A DNA stretch of 63,789 bases, the filler included, from Octopus bimaculoides (lineage: Eukaryota): NCBI RefSeq assembly GCF_001194135.2. It is 7 parts of 7 records of this genome, joined end to end, with 100 filler letters (N's around TTAATTAATTAA, not from the genome) between each part and the next. Parts side by side here need not be neighbours in the genome. Positions count along the whole stretch, not along the records: positions 15,185 to 37,013 come from NC_068991.1; positions 37,114 to 42,954 come from NC_068994.1; 5 more parts are not named here. One strand, written 5' to 3'. This document shows positions 24,546-37,890 of the stretch, in pieces. Below the pieces are notes generated by a model that worked only from the letters and a program-made list of their open reading frames with translations, had not been told where the DNA came from and did no database searches. How positions within the stretch are numbered: position 1 is the first letter of the stretch; every line of letters begins with the position of its first letter. Position numbers and translations under genes: made by a program.

Positions 24546-25774
24546 GAAGACAGGCAGTAAACAAAAAAATAAAACAGAACAGAGTGGTGACATTTAGTAG
24601 AGATGACCCGGAAGTTGTTCCTCTCCGATTACTATCGCAAACAACAGTAGCTTTCTTCAACTGAATGCACGTCGTTGATTGGCTAAAATTACCCAAATAC
24701 GACAACTTTAACACAAAATAACTTCTAAAATACGAAATTTTGTCAAACATGTTCAAAGTAAGCCGTGTTCTTGGTGAGAAATTCCATCAGTATACGATGT
24801 TTCAAACTGTTTGGTTAAAAAAAATTAATTAAAACATCTGTGAGCCAAATTGAACAGATCCCATTAATATACATACACACACACATTCACTCACTCACTC
24901 ACTCACACACGCATATGTAATGTATAAAGGTTAGATGGTCTAAAGTTTGACATGTGCCATGCTCGAAACTCTAAGATCATGAATCACCAAGTCACTTAAT
25001 AGCTTTAAACATATATATATATATATAGAGAGAGCGAGAGAGAGAGAGAGAGAGAGAGTGAGAGAGAGAGAGGGGNNNNNNNNNNTGAGAGGGAGAGAGA
25101 GGGAGAGAGAGAGAAAGAGGGAGAAAGATGTAAGGTGGCGCATGTCTGTTTTATATTGTCTTGGAGTAAATAGAATCGGTGCACCGAACAAAATATAGCA
25201 CGCGGCATTTAATTTCAAGCGAGTTACGTCCTTTAACGCCAAGGTCAAATTGGCTTTCCTATCTTACGAGGTTTATAAAATAATTACCTTATAAAGTACA
25301 GAGGCCGATACAATTGACTAAAACCCCTCAAAGGTAATGCTGTAGCTTGGCCGCAGTCCAATGACTAAAACTAATAGAATAATAAAAAGTGCCAAAGATT
25401 TACTAGATAACTTTTTTCTTTTTTTTTACTTTGTTTTTCTTTTACCTTTCTCTTCATAAAATTTACTGTGTGAATATCTGCCTGCAGGCTATAGGCACGG
25501 CGTTGAGATGATGACGTCGGTTTAAACAAGTCTTCGTAATTAGCTCAATGCCTTCCAGTGAAAGACATTAATACTTCGACTAAGTTCGTTGGTATGTGTC
25601 GATACGTGCCTCTGTATATAAGTATTTGTGTCTGTCGGTATCTATGCGGTGGGGGTATGTGTGAGCGTATGCATGCATATAAGCGGATGCGTCATGACAG
25701 ATTGGATAAGAAGTTCGCTTGCAAGGACTAGATCCTAGGTTCCATCCTACCTTGTGCCATCTGGAGCGAACGCT

Positions 25775-25835
<61 letters not shown>

Positions 25836-26025
25836 TACCATAGCATAGACGCAGGCATGCCTGCATGGCTAAAAACCTCAGTTTACAGCCACGGGGTTTC
25901 AAGTTCAGTCCTGCTGAGCGGCACCTTAGGCAAGCATCTTCTAAAATAGCCCCGGACCGACCAATGCCCTTTTAAGTGAACTTGGAAGGCAGAAATTGTA
26001 TGGAAGCCTCTCTTTCTCATAGATG

Positions 26026-26076
<51 letters not shown>

Positions 26077-27053
26077 GTACGTACGTAGGTATATGAATGT
26101 GTCTTTGTGCTTGTGTTTGTCTTATACCACCGCTTGACAACTTTTGCTGATTTGTTTACGCCCCCGTAATTTAGCGGTTCGATATAGGGTTCGATGGAAT
26201 AAGTACTGAGTCAATTTGTCCCACTAAAGCGGTGTCTAGGCATGGTCGTAGTCCAGTGACTGAAACAAGTAAAAGATAAAAGGCACAATGTACCTAAGAC
26301 TACATTATCCAGCATGTCTTTCCCGTTTTTAAGATTGTAATTCATGACTTAAGCCGTGGTTTTTAGCAGTAGATCGGGCGATAACACGGAGTTTTTCCCA
26401 TTGACTCCCAGATTTGATGACGCAGTTAGCTGACTTCTGACACTTATGTGTTGATCCCACATTCACGGAGGGAATTATTGATAAGCGAATATTTGGTTTC
26501 AGTTCAATAATCTTGCGGATAAGAATTATTGTTTGAAGCGAAGAGATTATAAAACTACAAGTTTATAACAATAAAACAGGTTTTCGACGTCACAAACGTC
26601 AATGTAGATAGCGCTGTCTTCAACGATGTTGTAAATAAGATAAGCAGCTAAATGCCGTACACTGCAGCTAGAAACCAAATTTCAGGCTATTGGAAAATAT
26701 CATTGTTGTTGATATTAATGTCGTTGCTGTTCCTATTATTGTTGATGTTATTGTTGCTTTACTGTTGTTACTGCTGTGTTACACTTGTGTTGTTGTTGTT
26801 GTTGTTGTTGATGATGTTGTTGTTGCTGCTACCGCTGTTACCGCAGTTATTTCCGTCGCTGTTCTTGATGTTATCATTATTATTGTTGCTGTTGTTATTA
26901 ACCCTAGAGCAGTCTTGACCAAAGGCAATCCAGATGTGACTACACCACTTTCTCTTTTTCATCTTTCTCAAACAGAATGTATCAGGATTACGTCATTCAC
27001 TGTATCTTATTTCTTAAAGATCGTAGTATTGAAGGAGACACAGCTGCTATTTC

Positions 27054-27271
27054 TTATTTCTTTATTGCCCACAAGGAGCTAAACATAGAGGAGACAAAGG
27101 GATTAAGTCGATTATATCAACCCCAGTGCGTAACTGGTACTTGATTTATCGACCCCGAAAGGATGAAAGGCAAAGTCGACCTCGGCGGAATTTGAACTCA
27201 GAACGTTAAGACAGATGAAATACCGCTAAGCATTTCGCCTGGCGTGCTAACGTTTCTGCCAGCTCGCCGCC
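27054..27271 (-). mobile_element. Well-preserved SINE family A copy
   Basis: Reverse complement reads GGCGGCGAGCTGGCAGAAACGTTAGCACGCCAGGCGAAATGCTTAGCGG...GAGTTCAAATTCCGCCGAGGTCGACTTTGCCTTTCATCC...GGGCAATAAAGAAATAA (A/B-box-like head). Further copies at about 45960-46320, 55490-55906, 56190-56400 and 56745-56960. Confidence 0.9.
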
Positions 27272-27957
27272 TGCTATTTCTAACGAACCAAATGACCACG
27301 TAGATGTTCCGACGCTGGATCGATGTCACTATTGTTGTTATTTAGCCCTAGGTTCACCCCGATCTCGTAGACATATGATCAAAAGCGTTCCCTCCATGCC
27401 CACGTCTTGTACATTCAAAAGCACGTAAAAGCATTCCATCCACGTCTTTTTAGCAGTATGCATTATCAAATGTACTCGTCCCACCCATAGTGGATTGTGA
27501 TCCGAGGAAGATTTAGCTGATATTTCAAGCAGGTCGAAAGACCACATAGAGTTTTCCACGTTCACTCTTTGTTACTGTTGTTGTTTTCGAGCCCCGATGA
27601 AATTGATCTCCCTACCATGACCATTCTATCTCTTCCCTATTTGCAAGGAGACGAAAAACCTTTTTCTAAGACATCAGGGTATAACTTAAAGGATATTTGG
27701 CTACTATTTCTTGCAGGTTGAGTGACCACGTAGAGGCTCCTTTAACTTAGCTGCAGTGATTATGACCCCTTCTCATTTAAATATCGTATCAAGATAAAGG
27801 AACGCAAATATACCCCTGTTTTAAATTTCAGCATAGAAGATGAAAATACATTGGCAAGGAGTATAAATAAGGTCTTGCGACCATGTGGTTTTGGGTTCCG
27901 TTCTGCAGAGCAGCACCTTGGACGAGTGGCTTTTACTAGAGCCTCAGTCTAACATGT

Positions 27958-28019
<62 letters not shown>

Positions 28020-28169
28020 NNNNNNNNNNAAGAGAGAGAGAAAGAGAGAGAGAAAGAGAGTGTGTGTGTGTGTGTGAGAGAGAGAAAGAGAGTATATGTG
28101 TGTGTACGTGCATGTGTGTATGTCTGTATGTATAGATATATGCATGTATATATTTCATATACATATATT

Positions 28170-28203
<34 letters not shown>

Positions 28204-29124
28204 CATGTCAATGCTTGTATATCTTAGTGTCTGTGTTTGTAACTCTTCCCCACCGTTTGGCAAAGCGTTGTTGCTTTGTTTACATCCCCGTGATTTAAGA
28301 ATTCGGCGAAAGAGACCAATAGAATAAGTGCCAGACTTCAAAAATACAAAAATAAAAATAAACATGAATAATGGGATCGATTTGTTCGACTAAAACCCTT
28401 CAAGGTGATTGGGTGGTACCCCCAGCGTGGCTGCAATGCCAGACCTGATACAGGTAAAGAATAAAAAGATAAAGAAAAAAAAACACAGAAATAACCTACA
28501 GTCACAAGTAAGATTCGAACTCAGAACCGGCGATTGACAAAACCCAATACAGTAACCACCCAACTACTCCCTTGGCCATTTCTTTACCCTTTTTGCCGTT
28601 ACAGATGTTGCTGCTACCCATTGTCTTCTTTGAACTTTTCCATATCACATAGCCTTCTCTTTAATTGCTATCATATATCAGCCGTTTAAATTCTTCCTGT
28701 TTATTGGCGAGCCAATATTGACAGCTTCACCTTCAATGGAATCTTCAGGCCTCCTTTTGTCTGTTTATTACGGTCCACAACATATCGTCTTCTCGCCCGA
28801 ATTCTTCAGCAATTTCCATTCCATTAGAAATACCTACACATTCCTTTTAAAACGTCTTCGCCATAGGTTTCTAAACACCCCGTCCCGTCATTTCATTTCA
28901 GTATCCGCTATCTTTCCTCGCCTGCAATCCATCGACAAAAGATCCTGCTAACGTCGGCAACCAGGCCGTGACCTTTTGAGCGCCGTTCATTACAATCATT
29001 TTTTGTAGTAAACCAGACAAATAAATAAATAAATGAACGAAAAATAAAACTTCAACTGATTTTTATTGAAAAAAAAAATAGAGAAAAATAAGAAATCAGT
29101 ATCTTTATCATATTTTAATTTCAA

Positions 29125-29156
<32 letters not shown>

Positions 29157-29359
29157 AGTATATGTGCATGTGAGTGTGTGTATATGTGTATGCGTGTGTG
29201 TATACGTTGTGTGTGTGTGGCAAGAAGTTTGCTTCCCAGCCACATGGTTTCCGACTCAGTACCACGGCGTGGCACCTTGGGCAAGTGTCTTATATTATAG
29301 CCTTGGGCCGTCCAAAGCCTTGTGAGTGCATTTGGTAGAGAGAAACTAAAGAAGCCCCA

Positions 29360-29440
<81 letters not shown>

Positions 29441-30547
29441 GTATATGCAACAGGATTCTTAATATATATGCGTGTGTGTGTATGTGTGTGTGTGTGTGTG
29501 TGTGTGCGTGTGTGTATGTCCCTACCATCACTTGACAATCGGTGTTGGTGTGTTTACGCCTCCGTAACATTAGTTATTCGTCAAAAAAGACCGATAGAAT
29601 AAGTGTCAGACTCTAGAAATAAGCACTGCGGTCGATTTCTTCGACATGAAAGCGGTGCTCCAGCTTGGCCGCAGTCAAATAACTGAAACAAATAAAGAAT
29701 TAAAAAGAGCTAAGCGATACAAATGTAATAAATTATAAAGATAACGCAAAACAGAATCGAGAGCAAATTCCTTTGATATTCCTTTATTCTTTTACTTGTT
29801 TCTGTCATTTCACTGCGGCCATGCTAGAGCACCGCCTTAAAACGGTTTTTTTTTAGTCAAAGGAATTAACCCCTAGACTTATTTAAACTTAGTACTTATC
29901 CTACCGATATCTTTTGCAGAACCACTAGGTTACCGGGACGTAAACACACCAACACCGGTTGTCAAGCGGTGATTAGGAGACAAACACACACATATACACA
30001 CATATATATATATACGACGAGCTTCTTTCAGTTTCCGTCTACCATTCCACTCACAAGACTGGCCANNNNNNNNNNNNNNNNNNNNNNNNNNNNNNNNNNN
30101 NNNNNNNNNNNNNNNNNNNNNNNNNNNNNNNNNNNNNNNNNNNNNNNNNNNNNNNNNNNNNNNNNNNNNNNNNNNNNNNNNNNNNNNNNNNNNNNNNNNN
30201 NNNNNNNNNNNNNNNNNNNNNNNNNNNNNNNNNNNNNNNNNNNNNNNNNNNNNNNNNNNNNNNNNNNNNNNNNNNNNNNNNNNNNCCACACGGCCACGCC
30301 TGCGCCTAATAGTTTACCAAAAATCTAAAACAGTGGCGAAATGGTACTATCCACGACTACCAGAAACTTTAATTAAAGAATTATATGGAAATATGGAAAT
30401 ACGGAATAATGTCTGCTCTTTTTAATTTTTGATAATCATTTTTCAACATAAGGAAAAAGTAAACCTAGAGCGATTCTCTCCACTTAAATAACACATTCTC
30501 TCTCCCTCCCCCTTTCTATCTATCTATCTATCTATTTATCTATCTTT

Positions 30548-30606
<59 letters not shown>

Positions 30607-31095
30607 CTTAAGTAACAGTTCCCAGTGAACCCGGCACGTGTACATTAGAACTAAAAGATTGAACGCATAATCTTTACTCACGACCCTTCCTTTTTCGAGA
30701 TTAAAGTATTGTTGGAAATAAGCTGAGGAAATGAAGCATAAAGTATACTATAAAGGATTGAAAGGATTATTCTTGCAAAGGATTATTACTGAATGGATTA
30801 GTATAGCAAAGAAATGTGATACCTATCGAATAGGGATGAAACCAAACATCCAAATCCAGTTCTGTGAAAAAGAATTGCTTCTACCAGATCCTCTTTTATA
30901 GAAGCCCTTGAATTTAATTTGATTATTTTTCAGACCTGAACCTATGAAGTTGGTAATTATAACATACATTTACATTAAGCAGGAGTCAGAGTCGCAATTG
31001 CTTTATTTTGATCAACTGACTCCAGCTCCGATACTGACTCCACGACTCCAACTCTGACTTCACAGACCTGACTTGACTTAACATTTAAAGATAAC

Positions 31096-31156
<61 letters not shown>

Positions 31157-32153
31157 AAAAGAAAAACAGAAATGATCTACAGCCACATGTAAGATTCGAA
31201 CTCAGAACCGGCGATGACAATAAGTAACCACCCAACTACTCCCTTGGCCTTTTCTTCACTCTATCTAACGACTTAACATTCACTGGACGCTTACAGGACA
31301 AAGCAGTACCTTGAGTTCGTTAGGGAGTCTCTACGTCTGCATGGTCGTACGGCGTGTTACAAACAGCAAGCTAATCTTCTCCAATTCACATTATGCCACC
31401 TTAAAAAAAGGAAGGACATATTGGACAGAATTGTCCAGTATATTCCATCTGTATAAAAAAATTTTAAAAAAGACGTGCTGGTCACATTTGAGAAGTCTTT
31501 GATCATAAATTTGCAAAATTGGGGCCAAGATTCAGTGCAAAACAACAACAGGTTGCAGAGATAGTTTTGTGGTTAAAAAATTCGCTTCGTAATCACACGT
31601 TTCTGGATTTCAATCTCATTGCCTGCTACGTTAAGCATTGTTTCGGATTGACCAGTATCTTCTGAGAAGAGTTTGGTAATCGGAAACTGCGCAGAAAATC
31701 ACAGGAGAAGGGATTCGTTCTTGTTGTAGCGGTATTTAAACACCACAACGGACAGCATGTGCTTTCGGGGGAAGATGGCTTCCTCCCTTACTTGGAACAA
31801 TCATGAAAGTTCAGTAAAAGGTTTAAGACGGGCGACACCCTTTCTTCTCTGAGCAAATCATTAAATCTTAAAACATAAACAACAGCAGCAACAATAACAA
31901 AAACAAGAGTTTTGAAATACAGTTCTCCATTAAACGAGCTCACACACACACACNNNNNNNNNNCACACACACACACACATACACACACGCACACACGCAC
32001 ACGCACACACACACGCACACACACACACACACACAGAGGCACAGGTGTGTGTAGGATGTATGAGTGCGTACGTATTTGTTTGTGTATGTGTGCAGTTTAG
32101 TTAAACTGAAATCTTTTTTCTCGCACTCGAGTTTCACCCCACTGAGATCATCA

Positions 32154-32193
<40 letters not shown>

Positions 32194-33214
32194 NNNNNNN
32201 NNNNNNNNNNNNNNNNNNNNNNNNNNNNNNNNNNNNNNNNNNNNNNNNNNNNNNNNNNNNNNNNNNNNNNNNNNNNNNNNNNNNNNNNNNNNNNNNNNNN
32301 NNNNNNNNNNNNNNNNNNNNNNNNNNNNNNNNNNNNNNNNNNNNNNNNNNNNNNNNNNNNNNNNNNNNNNNNNNNNNNNNNNNNNNNNNNNNNNNNNNNN
32401 NNNNNNNNNNNNNNNNNNNNNNNNNNNNNNNNNNNNNNNNNNNNNNNNNNNNNNNNNNNNNNNNNNNNNNNNNNNNNNNNNNNNNNNNNNNNNNNNNNNN
32501 NNNNNNNNNNNNNNNNNNNNNNNNNNNNNNNNNNNNNNNNNNNNNNNNNNNNNNNNNNNNNNNNNNNNNNNNNNNNNNNNNNNNNNNNNNNNNNNNNNNN
32601 NNNNNNNNNNNNNNNNNNNNNNNNNNNNNNNNNNNNNNNNNNNNNNNNNNNNNNNNNNNNNNNNNNNNNNNNNNNNNNNNNNNNNNNNNNNNNNNNNNNN
32701 NNNNNNNNNNNNNNNNNNNNNNNNNNNGGAGAGAAGGAGGAGAGAGTGAGAGGGAGAGAGAGAGAGAGAGAGAGAGATAGAGAGAGAGAGAAACAGACAA
32801 ACAGGCGGATGGAAACAGAAAAGAGAGGAGAAAGAGAAGCGGGAAAGGTAGTGAGGGAGAGGGAGAGAGGGGTACGAGGGGGGAAGAGAGAGAATAGATG
32901 AGGCATTGATAGAGTGAGATTTCTCGCTTTACGATAGTTGGACTCTTGAAGTTGCAGTGAACATACCGACAAGGGGGGAGGAGAAGAAGAAGAAGAAGAA
33001 GAAGAAGAAGAAGAAGAAGAAGAAGAAGAAGAGGGAGAGAGAGAGGGAGAAGGGGGACAGAAATGGAAAGAGTTGATGGAAAAGAAATATTTACAATAGG
33101 GAAAAGACAACATGGAGCAATAGGAACAGTGTGAATAACGAGCAATAATAATAATAATAACAATAATAGATAAATAAATAAAAATAATAAATAAATAAAT
33201 GAATAAATAAACAT

Positions 33215-33623
33215 ATGGACGACGACGTGAGATTGTTGTGGGATTTTCTTATACAAAGCGAAAAGAGAACGGAGCAAAGCAAGTCGGATATTGTAATCGT
33301 TGATTTGGAGAAGTAAGTTTGTTTGTAATTAACGTGACACGCTCATTTGACACCAGAGTCAAGAAGACGCAAGACCCCAAAACAAAAAAAATACTAAGAT
33401 AATATAATATCGACTTAAAGTGTGAAATTCTCAAATGCTGGAATAAAGAAGTTGACAAGGTCATGATCCTGCCAGTTATCTTTGGGGCTTTGGAAACTGT
33501 GACGAAGAATTTGAGATTAAAAACTTTGGAAAGTTAGATGTTAATCTGGGAGTGGATGGAATTTGGCAAAGCTGTGTATTTGGTTCAGCCAGAATTATGT
33601 GGAAAGTCCTCGATGCAGAGTAA
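33215..33623 (+). mobile_element. R4/Dong-clade non-LTR retrotransposon, C-terminal restriction-like endonuclease domain, 5'-truncated and degenerate
   Basis: Piecewise translation: DDVRLLWDFLIQSEKRTEQSKSDIVIVD...DLKCEILKCWNKEVDKVMILPVIFGALETVTKNL...GIWQSCVFGSARIMWKVLDAE*, fitting the LWDF.IQ.D......PDIV.VD...PV..GALG...GTARI...VL pattern of R4 REL endonucleases. Stops and frameshifts are present. Confidence 0.8.
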
Positions 33624-33938
33624 GGAGAGATATATGAACAGCACACAAAGACCATAACAGAAGAAGGGACACGAATGTTTCTCATCGAAGGCCAACGGTT
33701 GCGATCCGATAGGAAACGTAATGAAACCAGTTTCACCATCAATATGGTATAAAAGCAACAACATAATAATAATAATATGCATACAATGAGTTTCTCTGCC
33801 CTAGGTGTACGGAAAAAAACTCGGCAAGAAATGGAAGAAAAGAGAAAAGAAAAACATAATAATAATAATAATAATAATTAATTCGTTTTATTGGCCACAA
33901 GGGCTAATATCAATCAAAAACATGTAAGGACAAAGATA

Positions 33939-34079
33939 ATAGAAGAGTGCCATTGTTATCAAGTGAACGTTATTCGACATCTCGTGTATCTTCCACAGGT
34001 TCAAAAAATAAACTTGTCAATCTACTTCATTTTAGTTAATATATATATCGTTCATTTGATAACAATGGCACTCTTCTAT
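33939..34079. repeat. 141-bp MITE-like unit with 31-bp inverted repeats
   Basis: 33939-33969 ATAGAAGAGTGCCATTGTTATCAAGTGAACG versus the reverse complement of 34049-34079; one mismatch. Confidence 0.85.
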
Positions 34080-34923
34080 TTTTGCTTCTATATCTTCTGG
34101 AGGAGTTAACTCAGTCCTAATAATAATAATAGTTTCTTTAATGCCCACAAGGGGCTAAACATAGAGGGAACAAACAAGGACAGACAAGGNNNNNNNNNNN
34201 NNNNNNNNNNNNNNNNNNNNNNNNNNNNNNNNNNNNNNNNNNNNNNNNNNNNNNNNNNNNNNNNNNNNNNNNNNNNNNNNNNNNNNNNNNNNNNNNNNNN
34301 NNNNNNNNNNNNNNNNNNNNNNNNNNNNNNNNNNNNNNNNNNNNNNNNNNNNNNNNNNNNNNNNNNNNNNNNNNTGTAAGAACGATAGAATAAGGACTTA
34401 TTCTATCGTTCTCTTTTGCCGAACCACTAAGTTACGGGGACGTAAACACGCCAGCATCGGTTGTCAAGCGATGTTGGGTGGGGGGGACAAACATAGACAC
34501 AAACATTTACACACACACATATATACGACAGGCTTCTTTCAGTTTCCGCCTACCAAATCCACTCACAAGGCTTTGGTCGGTCCGAGGCTATAGTAGAAGA
34601 CACCTGCCCAAGGTGCCACGCAGTGAGACTGAACCCGGAACCATGTGGTTGGTAAGCAAGCTACTTACCACACAGCCACTCCTGTCAATATCTATTAAGC
34701 GAGATCTAAAGTACTTCGCTGTCTGTCCTAATTTTCGACCTAAATACAGTTGCTGTAGTTGTAGATGTTGTGGCGGTGGTTACTAAGGGAACGACTGTTG
34801 TTTCTAAGATGAAGAGATTATTCTTGGAAGAGATTTACACAAAATATCAATTCATTTATTCATTTATTTACTTTTACTGTCGCCTCAATCACCGCTTGAT
34901 GGTTTTATTAAGATTTGTAAGTT

Positions 34924-34955
<32 letters not shown>

Positions 34956-35145
34956 CAAGGGAGGGAAGAAGAGGGGGGAGGAAGAGAGAGGAAGGGAACG
35001 AGTGTGTATGTGTGTGTGCGTGTGTGTGACAAATCAAGATAGAAATAAGAATGAATGAGAAATACAGAGAGAGTTTGTCTATCTGGAATTGTGTATGTAC
35101 GTGTGAAAGCAGGAGGGGAAGGAAATGAAAGACTTGTGTGTGTGT

Positions 35146-35192
<47 letters not shown>

Positions 35193-37013
35193 AATTTGTC
35201 CCCCACCAATGCTTGACAACCGGTGCTGCTTTGTCAATATTCCAGTAACTTGGTGGTTGCAAAAGTGATCGAAAGAGTAAATACCAGGCTTAACAAGTGA
35301 GCACTGAAGTCGATTTGTTTGCCTGCGACCCAAAGAATGAGACAGATTAAACACATTTTTTTAACGTTTGTTTTCAGTTATAATAAAAACAAGGATATTT
35401 GTGGCTTTCGTCACTGTTTACAATTTTATTCCAATTGCTTTCAGATTTGATATATGAATTAAATTTTGTATACTAATTATGAAAATGAAATTCATTTTCC
35501 TTATAAATCCATAATTAAAAAGTTATTAGCCTTTAAAATATACAGAATTTGGGTATTTTAGTTAGTCAGAAGCGAGTATTTTACACATCACCGTGGCGAA
35601 AAACTCTGTTTCCACAGTAACCAAAGATGCTGCGCATGCGCACAAGGAGGAGAAGGAGACACGAGAAAGATAATCTTCTTACTACAATAATACTCTTGTG
35701 TTTTTCTCCGTGTGAACATATGAATGAGAAAGGAAGGGGTAATAAATGAATAAGGAAGGAAGGGTGATGGCAAACAGGTAGTGATGATGGAAGAGGCAGC
35801 GAACGTGCTGTTTTCTGATTGGCTGAAAATTCTGAAAATTATCAGACTTGGAACACCTGTAACATTTTTGCAAAATTTTTCTGGATTAAATGAATAACAA
35901 ATTCGGATTCAGCGTCAAAAATTACATCTTTAGGATACATTAAGAAAATTTTTAAAGACAATTGTAAACAGTGACGAAAACCACAAAGATCGAAAAACAA
36001 TATTCTTTTACTCTCTTTTACTCTNNNNNNNNNNNNNNNNNNNNNNNNNNNNNNNNNNNNNNNNNNNNNNNNNNNNNNNNNNNNNNNNNNNNNNNNNNNN
36101 NNNNNNNNNNNNNNNNNNNNNNNNNNNNNNNNNNNNNNNNNNNNNNNNNNNNNNNNNNNNNNNNNNNNNNNNNNNNNNNNNNNNNNNNNNNNNNNNNNNN
36201 NNNNNNNNNNNNNNNNNNNNNNNNNNNNNNNNNNNNNNNNNNNNNNNNNNNNNNNNNNNNNNNNNNNNNNNNNNNNNNNNNNNNNNNNNNNNNNNNNNNN
36301 NNNNNNNNNNNNNNNNNNNNNNNNNNNNNNNNNNNNNNNNNNNNNNNNNNNNNNNNNNNNNNTATATATACGACGGGCTTCTTTCAGTTTCCGTCTACCA
36401 AATCCACTCACAAGGCTTTGGTCGGCCCGAGGCTATAGTAGAAGACACTTGCCCAAGGTGCCACGCAGTGGGACTGAACCCAGGACCATGTGGTTGGTAA
36501 GGAAGCTACTTACCACACAGCCACTCCTACGCCTATACATTTATCTGAAGGGTTACATTTGTAGACTACAGATTTATTATTCTTAAACAAGAATATTGCT
36601 GATAGTGACTTCGAAGTTAAGCCATCGTCAGAATGTAATGCATTGAAGTCCTTATATAGTCTCTGTTGGGTTGAAGTCTTCTTTGGACGTGTGGGTTTGA
36701 ATGGAGGGTAATTAGATTTTAGGGTGGGCTATTATGGAAAGGTGTATTGGAGAAAATTTTATTGATTAAACTTGGGGTTTAGAATTTATTCATGTATGCA
36801 GAGGAGTGCGTATGTCTGGGTGTGTTCCTTTTGTTTAGAAGATACAGGAAGTGTTATTAGTTTAGTTGTTTTTGTATTTTATTTATTTATTTATTTTTTT
36901 GGTTTTAATGCATTTAATTCTTTGCTTTGACAATGAAAAGGTCAAAGGAACAAAGTCCAGTATTTAAAACCTTAATAATTGGGCGTGTCAGCATTTTTGT
37001 AATGGAATTTTAA

Positions 37014-37113
37014 NNNNNNNNNNNNNNNNNNNNNNNNNNNNNNNNNNNNNNNNNNNNTTAATTAATTAANNNNNNNNNNNNNNNNNNNNNNNNNNNNNNN
37101 NNNNNNNNNNNNN
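37014..37113. other. Artificial 100-bp scaffold spacer
   Basis: 44N-TTAATTAATTAA(37058-37069)-44N. Confidence 0.95.
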
Positions 37114-37619
37114 ATGACTACAAGTGGAATGGAGGTGGAGGTGGAGGCGGGGGGGGGGGAATAATGGGAGAGGAGGCTTGAGGTTGTGGTGGGAGGAAAA
37201 GAGAGTAAAAATGAAAACACGTCCATCAAAGCTGAGGAACAACTCAAAAATAAGACGTAATAGTCGATAAAGTTAGGTCAATAACGAAGTCGGAGATAAT
37301 GAGAGAGAGAGAGAGAGAGAGAGAATGGTGAGAGAAAGAGAGAGAGAGAAAGAGAATAGGTAATTGTCTCTATAAGCAACAATAACAACAGCAGCAGCAG
37401 TAACAACACGAATACCATCACCACCGTCGCCCCACTATCATCACCACCATCATCATCACCTTGATCAATAACATTTACATCATTATAACTGAATACAGTC
37501 TCTGTCAATTCAGAATATAATGGATTTCTTTCTTTCTACGTTGGATAGAAAACCTTACAAGGAGAACTTACAGAAGCAATGCTGTGGCTGAGATGGGGTT
37601 ATATCTTGTTTCGACGCCG

Positions 37620-37890
37620 TCGCTGACGACGTCGAGGGTTCCAGTTGATCAGATCAACGGAACAGCCTGCTCGTGAAATTAACGTGCAACTGGCTGAGCA
37701 CTCCACAGACACGTGTACCCTTAACGTAGTTCTCGGGGATATTCAGCGTGACACAGTGTGACAAGGCTGACCCTTTGAATTACAGGCACAACAGAAACAG
37801 GAAGTAAGAGTGAGAGAAAGTTGTGGTGGAAGAGTACAGCAGGGTTCGCCACCATCCCCTGCTGGAGCTTCGTGGAGCTTTAGGTGTTTT
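37620..37890 (-). mobile_element. SINE family C copy
   Basis: Reverse complement of the 20326-20681 body; runs into an N gap at 37891. Confidence 0.88.

Noticed and set aside
24608-24682. Ets-like CCGGAAGT plus ATTGG (also NRF1-like TGCGCATGCGCA at 35631-35642 with ATTGG at 35818, and CRE TGACGTCA at 40411-40418 with CCAAT at 40431)
   Set aside because: Short motifs with no associated first exon or CpG-rich context that I can support; the 35.6-36 kb case looks like part of a DNA-transposon remnant. Would need CAGE or ATAC data.
27054-27271. tRNA genes
   Set aside because: A/B-box-like heads belong to SINEs and none forms a complete cloverleaf. No rRNA, tRNA or CRISPR array is supported anywhere in the window.
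36590-36840. Possible Penelope 3' end with CTGACGA...CGAA hammerhead-like words on the minus strand
   Set aside because: Too degenerate (GAAG instead of GAAA, no helix I or III); the protein similarity is not convincing.
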